DNA of 64,000 nucleotides from Ophelia neglecta (taxonomy: Eukaryota). The stretch covers positions 82,708,001-82,772,000 of the forward strand of contig OZ260661.1 in NCBI GenBank assembly GCA_965285935.1, read 5' to 3'. Shown here in pieces: positions 28,201-38,929 of the stretch. The position numbers were made by a program, and so were the translations under genes. The notes beneath the pieces are model-generated. The model was not told the origin of the DNA. It saw nothing but the letters and a program-made list of their open reading frames with translations, and did not search any database. Each line of letters opens with the position of its first letter. The first letter of the stretch is position 1.

Positions 28201-31200
28201 AAATTATGAGAAAATCATGGCAATACTGCAATTAAGCGCTGTAACTGTCCGCAGAAATGAATTCCACCGCGGCAGATCGATGCAGCGGCCGTGACCTTAA
28301 AACATCCAGGCTCTGATATTGTAACTAACCAAACACAGCGTGTGGGGGAATCCGAGGCCTTTATATACTTCTCATTAACATACCGTACCCGACCGGGTTA
28401 GCGCCCATGTTCGTGTAAACGCCCACCCCTCATTTTGGGCAGAACTAGCTTAAACGCCCACCCCCAACCAGTCCCAGATCGTGATCTGAGCTTTGATTAT
28501 CCCCTCATATTTTTCATCAAGTACGAGACTACGAGTTCCATGTTACTAATTGAGTGCACAAATTGACAAAACCAGTATTCACTAACTCGCAACTCTGGCA
28601 GCAAATTTTGATAATGAGGGTCCATCATAATAACCTCCACTCCTAATCCATAACAGCTTGACAATCTGCAATAAATCTTGTTTACTTCGTTCATCAAATG
28701 GAACAGGTGGTCTCCGTGATTTTAACTTGTGCGTTTCATCACAATTTATGGCAGAAGCAGTGACGTATTACTCAAGTTGAAACCATGCACACGACACCAT
28801 TCTATGACATCACTCCGATAGGTGGCGCAATGTGTACAGTAGTACAGCGTTTCCAGAAAATTCTGTCATGGTCAACCCAGTCCATATTATCGCCCACCTG
28901 CCGAAGGTTTTTGGCTCCCTAAACGCCCATGTCTGGGTTAGCGCCCACCCCCCAATTTTGCGTTTCGGCCAATTTTAACGCCCTGGGCGCTAACCCGGTC
29001 GGATACGGTATTTAAATATACAGTAGTCCCTGCAATGTGCGGTCCCCGGCATGAACCTGCTATTTTAATGTACGAACTGTTTCTCCAGTCCCTGCAACGA
29101 GCGGTCATCTGCTATACAGTGAACTTTTTCACCTGCTACGAGCGGACAAACAACATATTTATTGATATTTTTGTACTGAATTTCCTTGCCTTCGATCGGA
29201 ATTAAAAGTATCTGCGCGCGGCAGGACGCGAGTACATTTTTGACCGTTCTCCATAGCAGCAACACGGTCCGAGTCGTGAAAGTTATAGTGCTTGTAGACA
29301 CTTGTGAGATGGCAGAGCGATGTAAAATGCCTTCAAAAAGTGAATGATTTGACCAGTAAGGCAACTTGTGTTGAACAGCAAAGGAAAATATAAACTAATA
29401 TATAAAGAAATGCGTAAAATGTTTTATTTTGAGGTAACTCGGATGTAGTCCGTGTGACTCGGCACTCAGCGCATCCCATTGCCAAGTGGCCGGCCGCCAT
29501 GTTTAAATTGTCGATCTCCGACTTGTTGCTCACAGGTTCTTCAAGTTGTTTGAAAGATGTGTAAACATTTGATCACACACAAAGAACAAAGACTCGGTGA
29601 ATAAATGTGTTTGTTTGATGTGCAGCGATTACAGGGGCATCATGCGTGTAATTATGTGTATCGGCCCGATCGATGACTGGCTGACACTGTCGAATTGTTA
29701 AACAGCTTTGTCACGCTAGCCAATTAAGATCCGTAGCTCTGGGCCCCTTCCTCGCGTATTATTTGGGACCTCTATGGTCCCACAGTGTCTGCATAGCCCA
29801 AATATGACATTATAAATGGACCTAGAGCTACGTATCTTGGCTAGGGTTACGCTACTCTGAAGGACTGAACTTAAGAATATGTCCGACCGCTGGACCGTAA
29901 TCCACAAGTGACCGCATGCTGATTGAGTAGAATGCATGTAACTTTTCACAATGTCTTCAAGAGGACTTTGTGAAAAGTTACATTCAGAATTTCATATTAT
30001 TCTGCTGGAAATTAACACAGTTAACTTATTCATGGAAATGTTTGTCCAAAAACAATTCATAATATATTTTTTAATAATTTTTGAAAAAAAAATAACGAAA
30101 CAAAATTCCATGTATGATAACACTAAATACATACAACTGATAAGCTTATCATTATAGATAATTTAATAAATTCATCACAATAAATTCTGCATAGCCATTG
30201 TGTCGGGTGTCCTGTCCCTCCGATGAAGGGCCACCTGCAATGTAGGGCCACTTTTGCTTGGATGGACAGGTGGCCCTACATCTCAGGGACTAAGTGTAGT
30301 ACGCCGGAAAGCGAGGTTTTGGATATGGCGGGGGGGAATTAAAATGCCACAAGAAAACAAATATGGGTCTTCGTCGGACTCTAAAGTTTTCCTATGACGA
30401 CAATTACATGATCAATTTGACTTTAGCATAGTGTTATCTGACGATCAAAGGCGGGCATTTATCGGACTTTATTTCAATAATTCTGACACAGGATGAGTTT
30501 GATGATTTGAGTTGGACAGACTTTAGGCCACCGGCCACCAGCATCGATGGGCGAAAGGCGAGCACTTTCACCAAGCACTTTCACCAAGGCCAAGCGAAAA
30601 GATTAAAAAAGGCACTTGTTTTGTAGCCACATTCAGGGGTATAGGGCTTAAACAAAGTTCGGTCACAGCACATTTCCGACGCCCAATGTAGAGGCTCTTA
30701 GCCCTTGTTTTCATATATTTTGAAGTAAATTGTTTTTTTTTTTCAGCTCATCATTCCAGCTGAACGCTTCCTCGAGCCAGAAGAGACTAATGTGCCCATG
30801 CTGAATTTGTATTTCAAAGCCCTCTTCACCACCTCGGTTCACCCCAAGCGATCTCCACTCTTGTATCTCATAGCCGTTCATCACATCAATAGATTTGTTT
30901 ACAGACAGACAGGATCTCATCAAAAGCTGCGGCAGGGCCTGCTACTAGAAATAGTCAACTGCAAAAAGCCGGTGAGTATGGCTGTAATAATATTATACAA
31001 TACTGTAAAATAACTAGTTTGCCAGAACCATTATAGCTAAAGTAACCTTCCAGATAAACCAAACTGTTAATTCTACAGTTGCTCAATTAAGAACCTTTAA
31101 AACCTTGAAAGTGTCTGATTCATGTATTGGGGGTAGGGGGGTAGGGAGAGGGGGGATGTATGGGATATTTCATATTTCCACACCTTGAGGTCAGCTTTTT

Positions 31201-31781
31201 AACTTGTCAGTGATCTGGGAAGTTAGGTATTGATCTATCATGATTTTTCCATTCCTCAGGATCAAGGATCTGGGAATGTTCTGATTAATTTCCTGTGAAT
31301 TTTGAAACTTTTGCTTGGAGGCACTTTAAAAATAGTGATAGTTCTTACAGTAAGGCATATAACCACATATGTTAACATGATATCTTTGGGTTAACATAGT
31401 CCTATAGAGTCCTATCCAGTGGATACATTGTGATATTTCAGTGAAATATGTTAACATCCGTAACAGCCAAAGATAAGTGAGAAGCCTAATGCAAAAAAAT
31501 ATGAATTATATATATGTGAGTAAGGTTAAAATCTGTCAATTCTTTGTTCTCAATAATTTGATAGTCATGTCGTTGGCTGAGCATACTGCCATTAACATGG
31601 CTGTAGCTTGGCATCTATGTATAATCCTATGGTAATTGTATTATTTACTTTATTCTTATAGGAACTGAAGAAAAATTTACTTTATTACAAACAATTCAAG
31701 GCAGAATGCAGCTTCGGGATGGAGATGTATGAAGAACTTCCACAAAATAGGCAAAACACACTAGCTAAAGTTCAATTCTGA
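16207..31781 (+). CDS. RPAP1: RNA polymerase II-associated protein 1 (RPAP1), ~1339 aa, 28 coding exons
   Basis: Phase-consistent exons: 16207-16396, 16917-17057, 17537-17577, 17756-17851, 18012-18078, 18227-18394, 18595-18747, 18941-19050, 19392-19493, 19626-19727, 20311-20478, 20680-20820, 21126-21260, 21422-21488, 21666-21766, 22388-22443, 22650-22751, 23131-23298, 23950-24136, 24459-24568, 24780-24978, 25292-25438, 25696-26033, 26818-26943, 27037-27197, 27359-27657, 30747-30971, 31662-31781 (4020 nt). Signatures [49 protein letters not shown] (RPAP1_N), RFDFQG...[19 protein letters not shown] (RPAP1_C), [21 protein letters not shown]. Confidence 0.93.
24213..24373. mobile_element. Tc1/mariner-pogo-type MITE (161 bp)
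   Basis: TIRs cagtggtccctgtgatgtagggcc / ggccttacttcgcagggactactg; TA on the left, CA (probably mutated TA) on the right. Related to the right end of the element at 29021-30296. Confidence 0.65.
28383..29008. mobile_element. Non-autonomous Tc1/mariner-type DNA transposon (626 bp)
   Basis: Near-perfect ~25-bp TIRs ccgtacccgaccgggttagcgccca / tgggcgctaacccggtcggatacgg; TA duplication at 28381-28382 and 29009-29010; internal (aa/a)cgcccac/t subrepeats. Confidence 0.85.
29021..30296. mobile_element. Non-autonomous Tc1/mariner-pogo-type element (~1.28 kb)
   Basis: TA-flanked imperfect TIRs cagtagtccctgcaatgtgcgg / ccctacatctcagggactaagtg. The reverse complement of the right end aligns with the MITE at 24213-24373. 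No intact transposase ORF. Confidence 0.6.
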
Positions 31782-32831
31782 GGTGACTCCAAATAATAAA
31801 AAAAAAAGAATGACAAGTGACTTTTTATTGCATTTACTGATCAGTCTTTATTATATATATATATATAATATTACAATATATCTTGGACTTAATCCAAGAC
31901 AAACAAATTTGAACCATGAACACATGGAGGTATCTTGAATAAATTGATGCTTGAGAAAATCTGTTGGTGTCAAAGTAAATTCAACCAAATAGAAATAATA
32001 TAAATTGCTTGTAAATACATTTAGATCTCCAGTTATGTACATGTTTTGATAAATGTGAAATAAAAAAATCTATGACTAGAATAACGTGATTTTAGAAGTA
32101 ATTGATTTTTAAGTAGTGGTCTTGTTTATGAACAAGCAAATAAAATGAACTCCCAGCAGAAGTTCAACCTACATGCAGTATCCGCTGTTGATTTCTCTCT
32201 GCAAATTCCATTAACAATCTGACTAGATTAACACTATGAAGTCACATATTAAAAGGATTTTAAGATAGAGTACTTTTTACAAGAATCGGACATTGAATTA
32301 ATCACAAACATTGCATAATAGCTGACAATTGTATGTCAGTTTAATTCTACCAATTCTGATTCACACTGACTCCAAGCAAAATTGCCTAAGGTACATTATA
32401 CATCAGAAAGTTCAATAATTATAATATTTATGTTTTTAACTATTTAATTTATAATGCAACATGTATTTGATTTGTCGGTTCACAAATTGGTTTTGGCAGT
32501 TTTTAAGAATAATAAAAATTCCTATTTTTGCTGATCTTTCGCCTTTTGTGACTTATGATTGGTACTTTGACAACAGGTCGAATATTTTTAATTGTTCCCA
32601 TATCATCAATTCACCTTGTTTTGAGCATGCTGATGGTTACATTTTTCTCATCCTGTTTTTAACAATGGCAGATGGATTTTTTCACCCGAAATATCTGCTT
32701 ACCCACAAATTAGCTACTTGTTGCATAGTTTTTGTCCGAGTGGCATTTAGCCTATGGATGTAAAATTATTATACAGTGGCAGTGTTCCTATGCAATCTCA
32801 TTCATGTTTATCAAGCACACAGAAATAAGTT

Positions 32832-35800
32832 TTAAACAGCAGCTAAGCCAAAGCTGCATCTACAGGTGGACATAGGGTTTCCATCTGTCCATATGTCACT
32901 GTAAGGGTCATAGCATTGGACCGTGTTCAGATAAGTTGTACCAGAATGGCCTCCGACTACATGGAGAACTTCTCCAATGACAGCTGTCCCTAGTCCTGAA
33001 ATTATTAATGGTTTTTTTTCAACAAGATGTATGTTTTGCTGGCTATTTGTTTGGCAGTGACTACAAATATAAATGGTTTATACAATTGTTTCCTAATCGC
33101 TGTAGTTTAACTTGAGATTGTGCCTCCTGTGTAGTTTTACAATACCTGTAGTTATTTATTAATATGGCATTAATGCTATGTTTGCTATTTACTGAAAGAT
33201 TCCTACCAGTTCTGGGATTTCCCATTCCCTTCACTCTTGTCCATTGGTTGGTGTGTGCATCATATCTTTCCATACTACTAAGATAGGCCACTCCATTGTG
33301 GCCTCCCACCACATACAAAAATCCACACAGCGATTCCATACCAAAGTTTATTCTCTTTTCAAACATTGGGGCGACTGACTCCCACTTGTTTTCTTGCCAG
33401 GAATACCTCTCTGTACTAAAATAAGTCATCACATAGGCCAAATATACTAGTGAAAAGATGATTACTCCTACAGCTGTCACATTTTTAAAGCAAGAAGTAT
33501 TCTTAATATCATTAAGTCTAGCTCCAGTTAAAAGTGTGAAACAAGAGTATATCCAGGGCCAAAAAAATTACACCATAAATTAACTTGATCTACTTATCAA
33601 TGAATAAAATGAATTTCATAATGCTTATAATAAAAACGATAGGCCTAGAAAAGGACAAAGCAACGTTTAAATATATCAAAGCTGTAAATGCACAAATAAA
33701 TGAAAATAAAATAAAGTATAAAGAATATGTACTGTAAAACCATCAAATGTTGGTCTCCTTTAAAGTGAGCTACTCTGACCAAGGGTATATTGTCATACAT
33801 GTAGCCAATTTTGATTACACAATCTAACCCATAGGCCTATTACAGGTGAAATCTTTTCTTCTTTATATGATTTAGTCCCTATGTAATTTCCAAAACAGTC
33901 ACATTATGACAATCATGGCTTTACAGTTTAAAAGAATCAGCATGCTTACCAACTGATATGACATTCTCCGCAATGAAGCCACACGTACAATCAGGTACTA
34001 CTAAATTGAGTGCCTACCAACCTGCGTTCCCCCATGTAGGCAAATAGGTGCTCTATACTTCCCACACACCTGTTAATACAGGGTGGTCCATATCCTCCTG
34101 CTGCATAGATATAGTCATCTAGCACTGCAGCCCCAAAACAGCTGCGACTGCGTGTCATGGGTGCCAAGGTCACCCAACTGTCAGTGTCAGGAATGTACTT
34201 CTCCACAGAGCTGTAGCAGATAGAAAATAACCGGCCATTCTATTTGTTCCCTTCATACTTTACAATACGATTTTATTTAAATATCATTGATTTATCATCA
34301 TTTTTACAGTAAATTTGGTCAATATTATAAGCATTGTACATGTAAAACTATTTATTAGTTCAATTATTCAGGCTTGTAATTCCTCAACAGACATGATTAA
34401 CTATCCCTAACAATGAAAAGGAGGATACATTTCTGCTTTTTCTACATTGTTTATATTGTGGCATTTTAAAACTTTTGTTGACAATAGGTGACATTTAATT
34501 AATAGTGACTACTAAGATCAGTGTGAAAATACAAACCTAAGATAGTTTTCTCCATCAAACCCACCAAGTACACATATTTCCCCTCTCAGATTGATGACAG
34601 CCATTGCACTACGACCACGAGACATAGATGATACGATTTCCCATAAGCCAGTACGATAGTTAAGTTTTTCCACACTGTTGTCATGGCAGCGCTTAGTGCG
34701 GTCATCAGGAGGTTTTGACAATATGCCACCCAGGACATACAACTCACCACCGCTTGCTACAGCTCTACATTCAAACCTTTGGCGCAATAAAGGTTTTTCT
34801 TCAGTCCAGCTTTCATTTGGATGTAAAATTTCAACCCTAAAAATATATTTTTCAAAATCTCTTAACACAGGCTCAATGCAATACAAAAAGGATAAAGTGT
34901 AATATAAATTTATAGTGTAAAATAAAGTCTGAAGTGAAGGAGTACAATGATTACCAACCTGTCCAGGGTCGCAAAATGATCATTCTTCCCTCCAATTACA
35001 TAAAGCACCTTGGGACTTGGTCTTGGCACACATTGCAGACACAAACTATGAAGCCTATCACAATCTAGTCGTAACTTTGCATTCTTCTTATATTCAATTG
35101 CATGCTTAATTTGGGTGATGAAGTTATTTCGATCATTAAGCACAAATTTATGGGACAGCAATGATGAGAGAAAACCCGATGATAATAAAGGAAGACGTAG
35201 ACAAGCTAGTAGCTTAGGAAGATAATCTATTATAAGTCTGCTCGAAGCACTATTATACTGAGTCCAAGCTTCAATTGCATGGAATATCACCTCTTCACTG
35301 GGCACTACTAAACTGTCAGATGAAAGTAAACCAATTACTTCATTCCAGCTCAGCTTCAAGTATTCTTCATGTTGTGCCACATCAGCAAAATGAACAAGAG
35401 TGTACTGTTGTGCTACATAATGCAAATCAAGACAGGCATGCATCTCTGCGAAGTGTGAAATTCCAATACAGTTATATGGGTGAAGCTGCGATTCAAGGAA
35501 GTGGCAACATTGCTCCTTGACCCTTGTGAGTTGCAGCAGATTGGCAGCTGGTAAAATGTGCAGTACATTAGACTGGGTCAACTCAATATTTCCTGTGTAG
35601 GCAAAATCTATGATTAATTGTAAAGCCTCTGGTTCAATGGAATGGATTTCGATGTCTGACTTTTCCTTTTCCGATAATTCACCTGTAAACATGGCCATGA
35701 AATAGGCACTGCAGCTGGCAAGAACTGCCCGGTGTGCTGGAATACACACCCCATCAACCAGCAGTCGGACATCACACAGTATACCGCGGACTCGAAGATC

Positions 35801-35851
35801 GTTTAGTCCTTCCAATAGAGATTCAGAATACAATTCTAAAGAATCTGCCAT
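32832..35851 (-). CDS. KLHL28: Kelch-like protein 28 (BTB-BACK-Kelch, CUL3 adaptor family), ~568 aa
   Basis: Exons 35851-34959, 34836-34537, 34210-34070, 33415-33207 and 32995-32832 join in phase (1707 nt). BTB motif AHRAVLASCSAYFMAMFTG. KLHL28-like segments PRPSPKVLYVIGGK, HDNSVEK, SVEKYIP, RSCFGAAVLD, GGYGP, GGHNGV, PRTG, GGHSGTTYLNTVQ and terminal CRCSFGLAAV*. Confidence 0.9.
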
Positions 35852-36235
35852 ACTGACTGAAGGGTTAAGGCGTAGGTTCTAGGTTGACTGCCAGATGTCA
35901 CAGCTGGCTTTATACACAGATACAAGCGGCGTCAAAATACACAAAGCCGGTGTATCAACCTGAAGCACCTGCTTTAATCTTTCTGACATGTGTGGCCTTG
36001 AACTTGTTGTCATTAGAACTAAAAGTTGGATTTGGTTTTTTGCCTTAAGGTCTTTCACTAGAAACTATGCAAATTTCCGATTGCATACTACTCGCACCTT
36101 TAAAAGGACCTAAAGTTCTGTTTTAACCCTAGAGGGTTCTCCGCATCTGAATCTGAATGGTACCAGACTTGCCTCCAATGGAGTATCACGTCTGGGGGAG
36201 TGAGTGTGCAGAATCGCAAATCAGTAACTGTTAGC

Positions 36236-36730
36236 AATCCTTGCCTTGAACTGGTCTAGGCAGGGTGCTGTTACTATGTCAGGATTTAGTTGGTTCCAGT
36301 CTCTGACAGTTCTTGGGAAGAAAGAGTTCCTAAAAATTTCAGTTTTTGGTGCAAATACCTGATATTGATGTATATGAGTGTTTCTAGTTCTGCTGTTTTT
36401 TTTATCTAAATAAGAGTCTGGTTTTAGCGCCACCAGGCCGTTGACTACCCTATAAAACAAGCACAATCTGTTGCCCCTCCTCAATCCTTGCTTTAAACTG
36501 GTCTAGGCAGGGTGCTGTTACTATGTCAGGATTTAGTTGGTTCCAGTCTCTGACAGTTCTTGGGAAGAAAGAGTTCCTAAAAATTTCAGTTTTTGGTGCA
36601 AATACCTGATATTGATGTATATATGAGTGTTTCTAGTTCTGCTGTTTTTTTATCTAAATAAGAGTCTGGTTTTAGCGCCACCAGGCCGTTGACTACCCTA
36701 TAAAACAAACACAATCTGTTGCCCCTCCTC
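36236..36730. repeat. Tandem duplication, two near-identical ~247-bp copies of the LINE 3' end
   Basis: 36236-36482 and 36483-36730 differ by a few substitutions and small indels. Confidence 0.9.
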
Positions 36731-36756
36731 GATACTGTCCTCCACTGGCTCCCACC

Positions 36757-37085
36757 CCCGGGGGGCACTCAGTCTGGAAATTGGTACATATGTGCCGCCC
36801 AGTCTTCAAATCACAGGCGCAAACTCTACAAAATTGCTGAAAACAGGGGTCGATATTCTACTTTTCAGCCAGATATAGGGGTCAAAATTCTATATTTCAA
36901 CCAAATATAGGGGTTGAAATTCTACATTTCAATCAAAAGTCGTACATATGCTAAAAACAGGGGTCGAAATTCTACATGTAGGATAAAAACAGGGGGTAGA
37001 AATTCTACATAGGTCGAAAAAGGGGGGTCGAAACGGCGGCACATATGTAATAACCTCAGTATACAGAGTGCCCCCCCCCCCCGGG
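36757..37085. mobile_element. MITE with 8-bp target-site duplication (329 bp)
   Basis: TIRs cccgggggg-cactc / gagtg-(c)n-ggg; subterminal inverted acatatgtgccgcc / ggcggcacatatgt; TSD ctcccacc at 36749-36756 and 37086-37093; about six internal aggggtcgaaattctac-type repeats. Confidence 0.85.
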
Positions 37086-37123
37086 CTCCCACCTCAGATC
37101 TTGAAGTATTTCGGTGACACTAA

Positions 37124-37589
37124 GGGAGCGTTCATTATTTATGGCCGGGGGGGGGGGTAAATTTGGGGGGGACAGTTTTTTTTCAACCCATTTCCATGGG
37201 GGGGACAGTTTTTTTTCATTCCATTTCCATGGGGGGACAGTTTTTTTTAGTCTATTCACAGGGTGCGCAATTTTTTTAACCCTTTTTACAGGGGAAGCGT
37301 TTTATCACGTATTTCTTATTGAAACTTTTGTGTAGCTATTTTATAGGAATATATATTGTACAAAAGTGTGTAGTGAAACTGATCACACTTAGACAAATTC
37401 TGTCTTTGATGGGGGGGGGGGGCAATTATTTTTCCACCTATTTCTAAGGGGGGGGGGGGCGATTTTTTTCCACCTATTTCTGAGGGGGGGCAATTTTTTT
37501 CCCACCTATTTCCAGGGGGGGCAATTTCTTTTGACGTACTCATTTCAAAAATTTACCCCCCCCCCCGGCCATAAATAATGAACGCTTCC
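37124..37589. mobile_element. PIF/Harbinger (Tourist-like) MITE (466 bp)
   Basis: ~40-bp TIRs gggagcgttcattatttatggcc(g)ntaaattt / aaattta(c)nggccataaataatgaacgcttcc; TAA duplication at 37121-37123 and 37590-37592; internal G-run/T-run subrepeats. Confidence 0.88.
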
Positions 37590-37997
37590 TAAGCTCCCTA
37601 CTGTACTTGTTAGATACAATTATTTAAATCTGGCGTTTATGCCCCCCCCCCTTAAGTATGGATCCCAAATCGCACATCTTAGTAATCATACTAAGGAAAT
37701 AATATCGCTCTTGAAACTCTTTTTGTATTTTAGAAGGTGGGAGGGTTGTAGCTGAGGCCGGGTAAATGTCTGTCAACCGGGAGTGGCCTTTAGGGTAGGC
37801 CTACGTATAGATCTATTCATTCTTTTGCATTTTGTTCAATAAAACTGCGCACGGAATGTGGTGGGTAAGTTCAGCGGGTGTATAATTTCCGTGGTACAGG
37901 GAATTGATTTTACTTTAATTGCTTTTGCTATAAATGCAGTTTCTGGAGTGAGTGCTGGTCCATGATAGTCAGACTATAATTAACATACTTTACTAAA

Positions 37998-38041
37998 GAC
38001 CCTCGGAATTGTAGACGCCCATTGCTACAATTCCGAGGGTC
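37998..38041. repeat. Perfect 17-bp inverted repeat with 10-nt spacer
   Basis: gaccctcggaattgtag-acgcccattg-ctacaattccgagggtc. Confidence 0.85.
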
Positions 38042-38479
38042 AGAAATACTGCTCTCCCTCTCCCTTGAACGGATTATCAACGAGTGACAGGAAATGCTAT
38101 GAATCTATAAATGGTGTACTAAATTAATTAACGAATATAGATCTTCATATATATGATCACGAAATGCCTTGCCATTGGCACAATATAAGCATTAATTAAT
38201 TATCTGGGCATCGTTCTACTCTTTGTGACTGGGGATAATGTAGCCCGTCTATTCCACCTAAACTACCCCACCTTCATCATGCATAAATATAAATGCCCTT
38301 TCTCTTTACCGTGAGTCTTTCAATAAGTGAACATCGCACACAGGCAACAAAGTCATTTATCGTCAAGACTGGGGCGTAATTGTTATGAAGTTTCTGTTTA
38401 AATGCGTGTTCCCAATCCCTCCCCAATGACGCTGACAATAAAAATGACCCGTTCCTTACAGAAGCAGCTGGTCACCTAC

Positions 38480-38929
38480 CAAGATAAGTAGCATGCGAAA
38501 TTGGATTCGTCCTTTAGATGTGATCAACATTAATATTCAATTATCAGTGATTGATTTACCCGTAAAATAATTTGGGTTCACAGATGTTGGTATTTATTTC
38601 TTTTCTTTTCTGATATAATTTTCGAAGTTTTGAATCTTCAATTTACGGCGCTCTGACGATATATTTGCTAGAAATCATCCGGGAACTAGGCAAGTCACGT
38701 GGTGCAAATAAGTTAGGTTGTTGTGGAAATTGTCGCCATTTTGGGAAGCTCTTTCCCGATTAATAATTTCTAATTCATCGAAATTAAATGACATATAGCA
38801 AAGCGTAAGGTAACAGCCATAAAAGATGTGACAGGTGACTATACGGTCGACCTTTTTCTTTGCACTATCACAGTACGGTAGCTTTTTCTTACGCGATCGA
38901 TAGTGTATAGTTTCTCAACGTTTTATTAA
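38480..38929. promoter_or_regulatory. Putative bidirectional promoter of KLHL28 (-) and TOGARAM1 (+)
   Basis: Locally CpG-rich. E-box gtcacgtgg at 38694-38702, X-box-like gttgttgtggaaat at 38717-38730, YY1-like cgccatttt at 38734-38742. Candidate minus-strand donor TG|GTAGGT at 38480/38479 for a non-coding KLHL28 first exon. Confidence 0.5.

Larger units (their letters stand above)
36145..37680 (-). mobile_element. 5'-truncated CR1/L2-group LINE (RT C-terminus, 3'UTR hairpin, ATTCAG tail), interrupted by two MITEs, with a tandem duplication of its 3' coding end
   Basis: Minus-strand pieces CAIWDPYL (~37655-37675), VSNKYSRELSVTEILQDLRWEPVED (after removing the MITEs) and RRGNRLCLFYRVVNGLV...FRNSFFPRTVRDWNQL...DQFKARI. 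3' stem ccagac/gtctgg at 36163-36195; tail (attcag)2 at 36145-36158. Confidence 0.8.

Noticed and set aside
29065-29949. Short ORFs inside the 1.28-kb element as a transposase
   Set aside because: No HTH or DDE motifs recognisable; treated as non-autonomous.
31781-32832. 3' overlap between RPAP1 and KLHL28
   Set aside because: Several candidate poly(A) signals on both strands; overlap cannot be decided from sequence alone.
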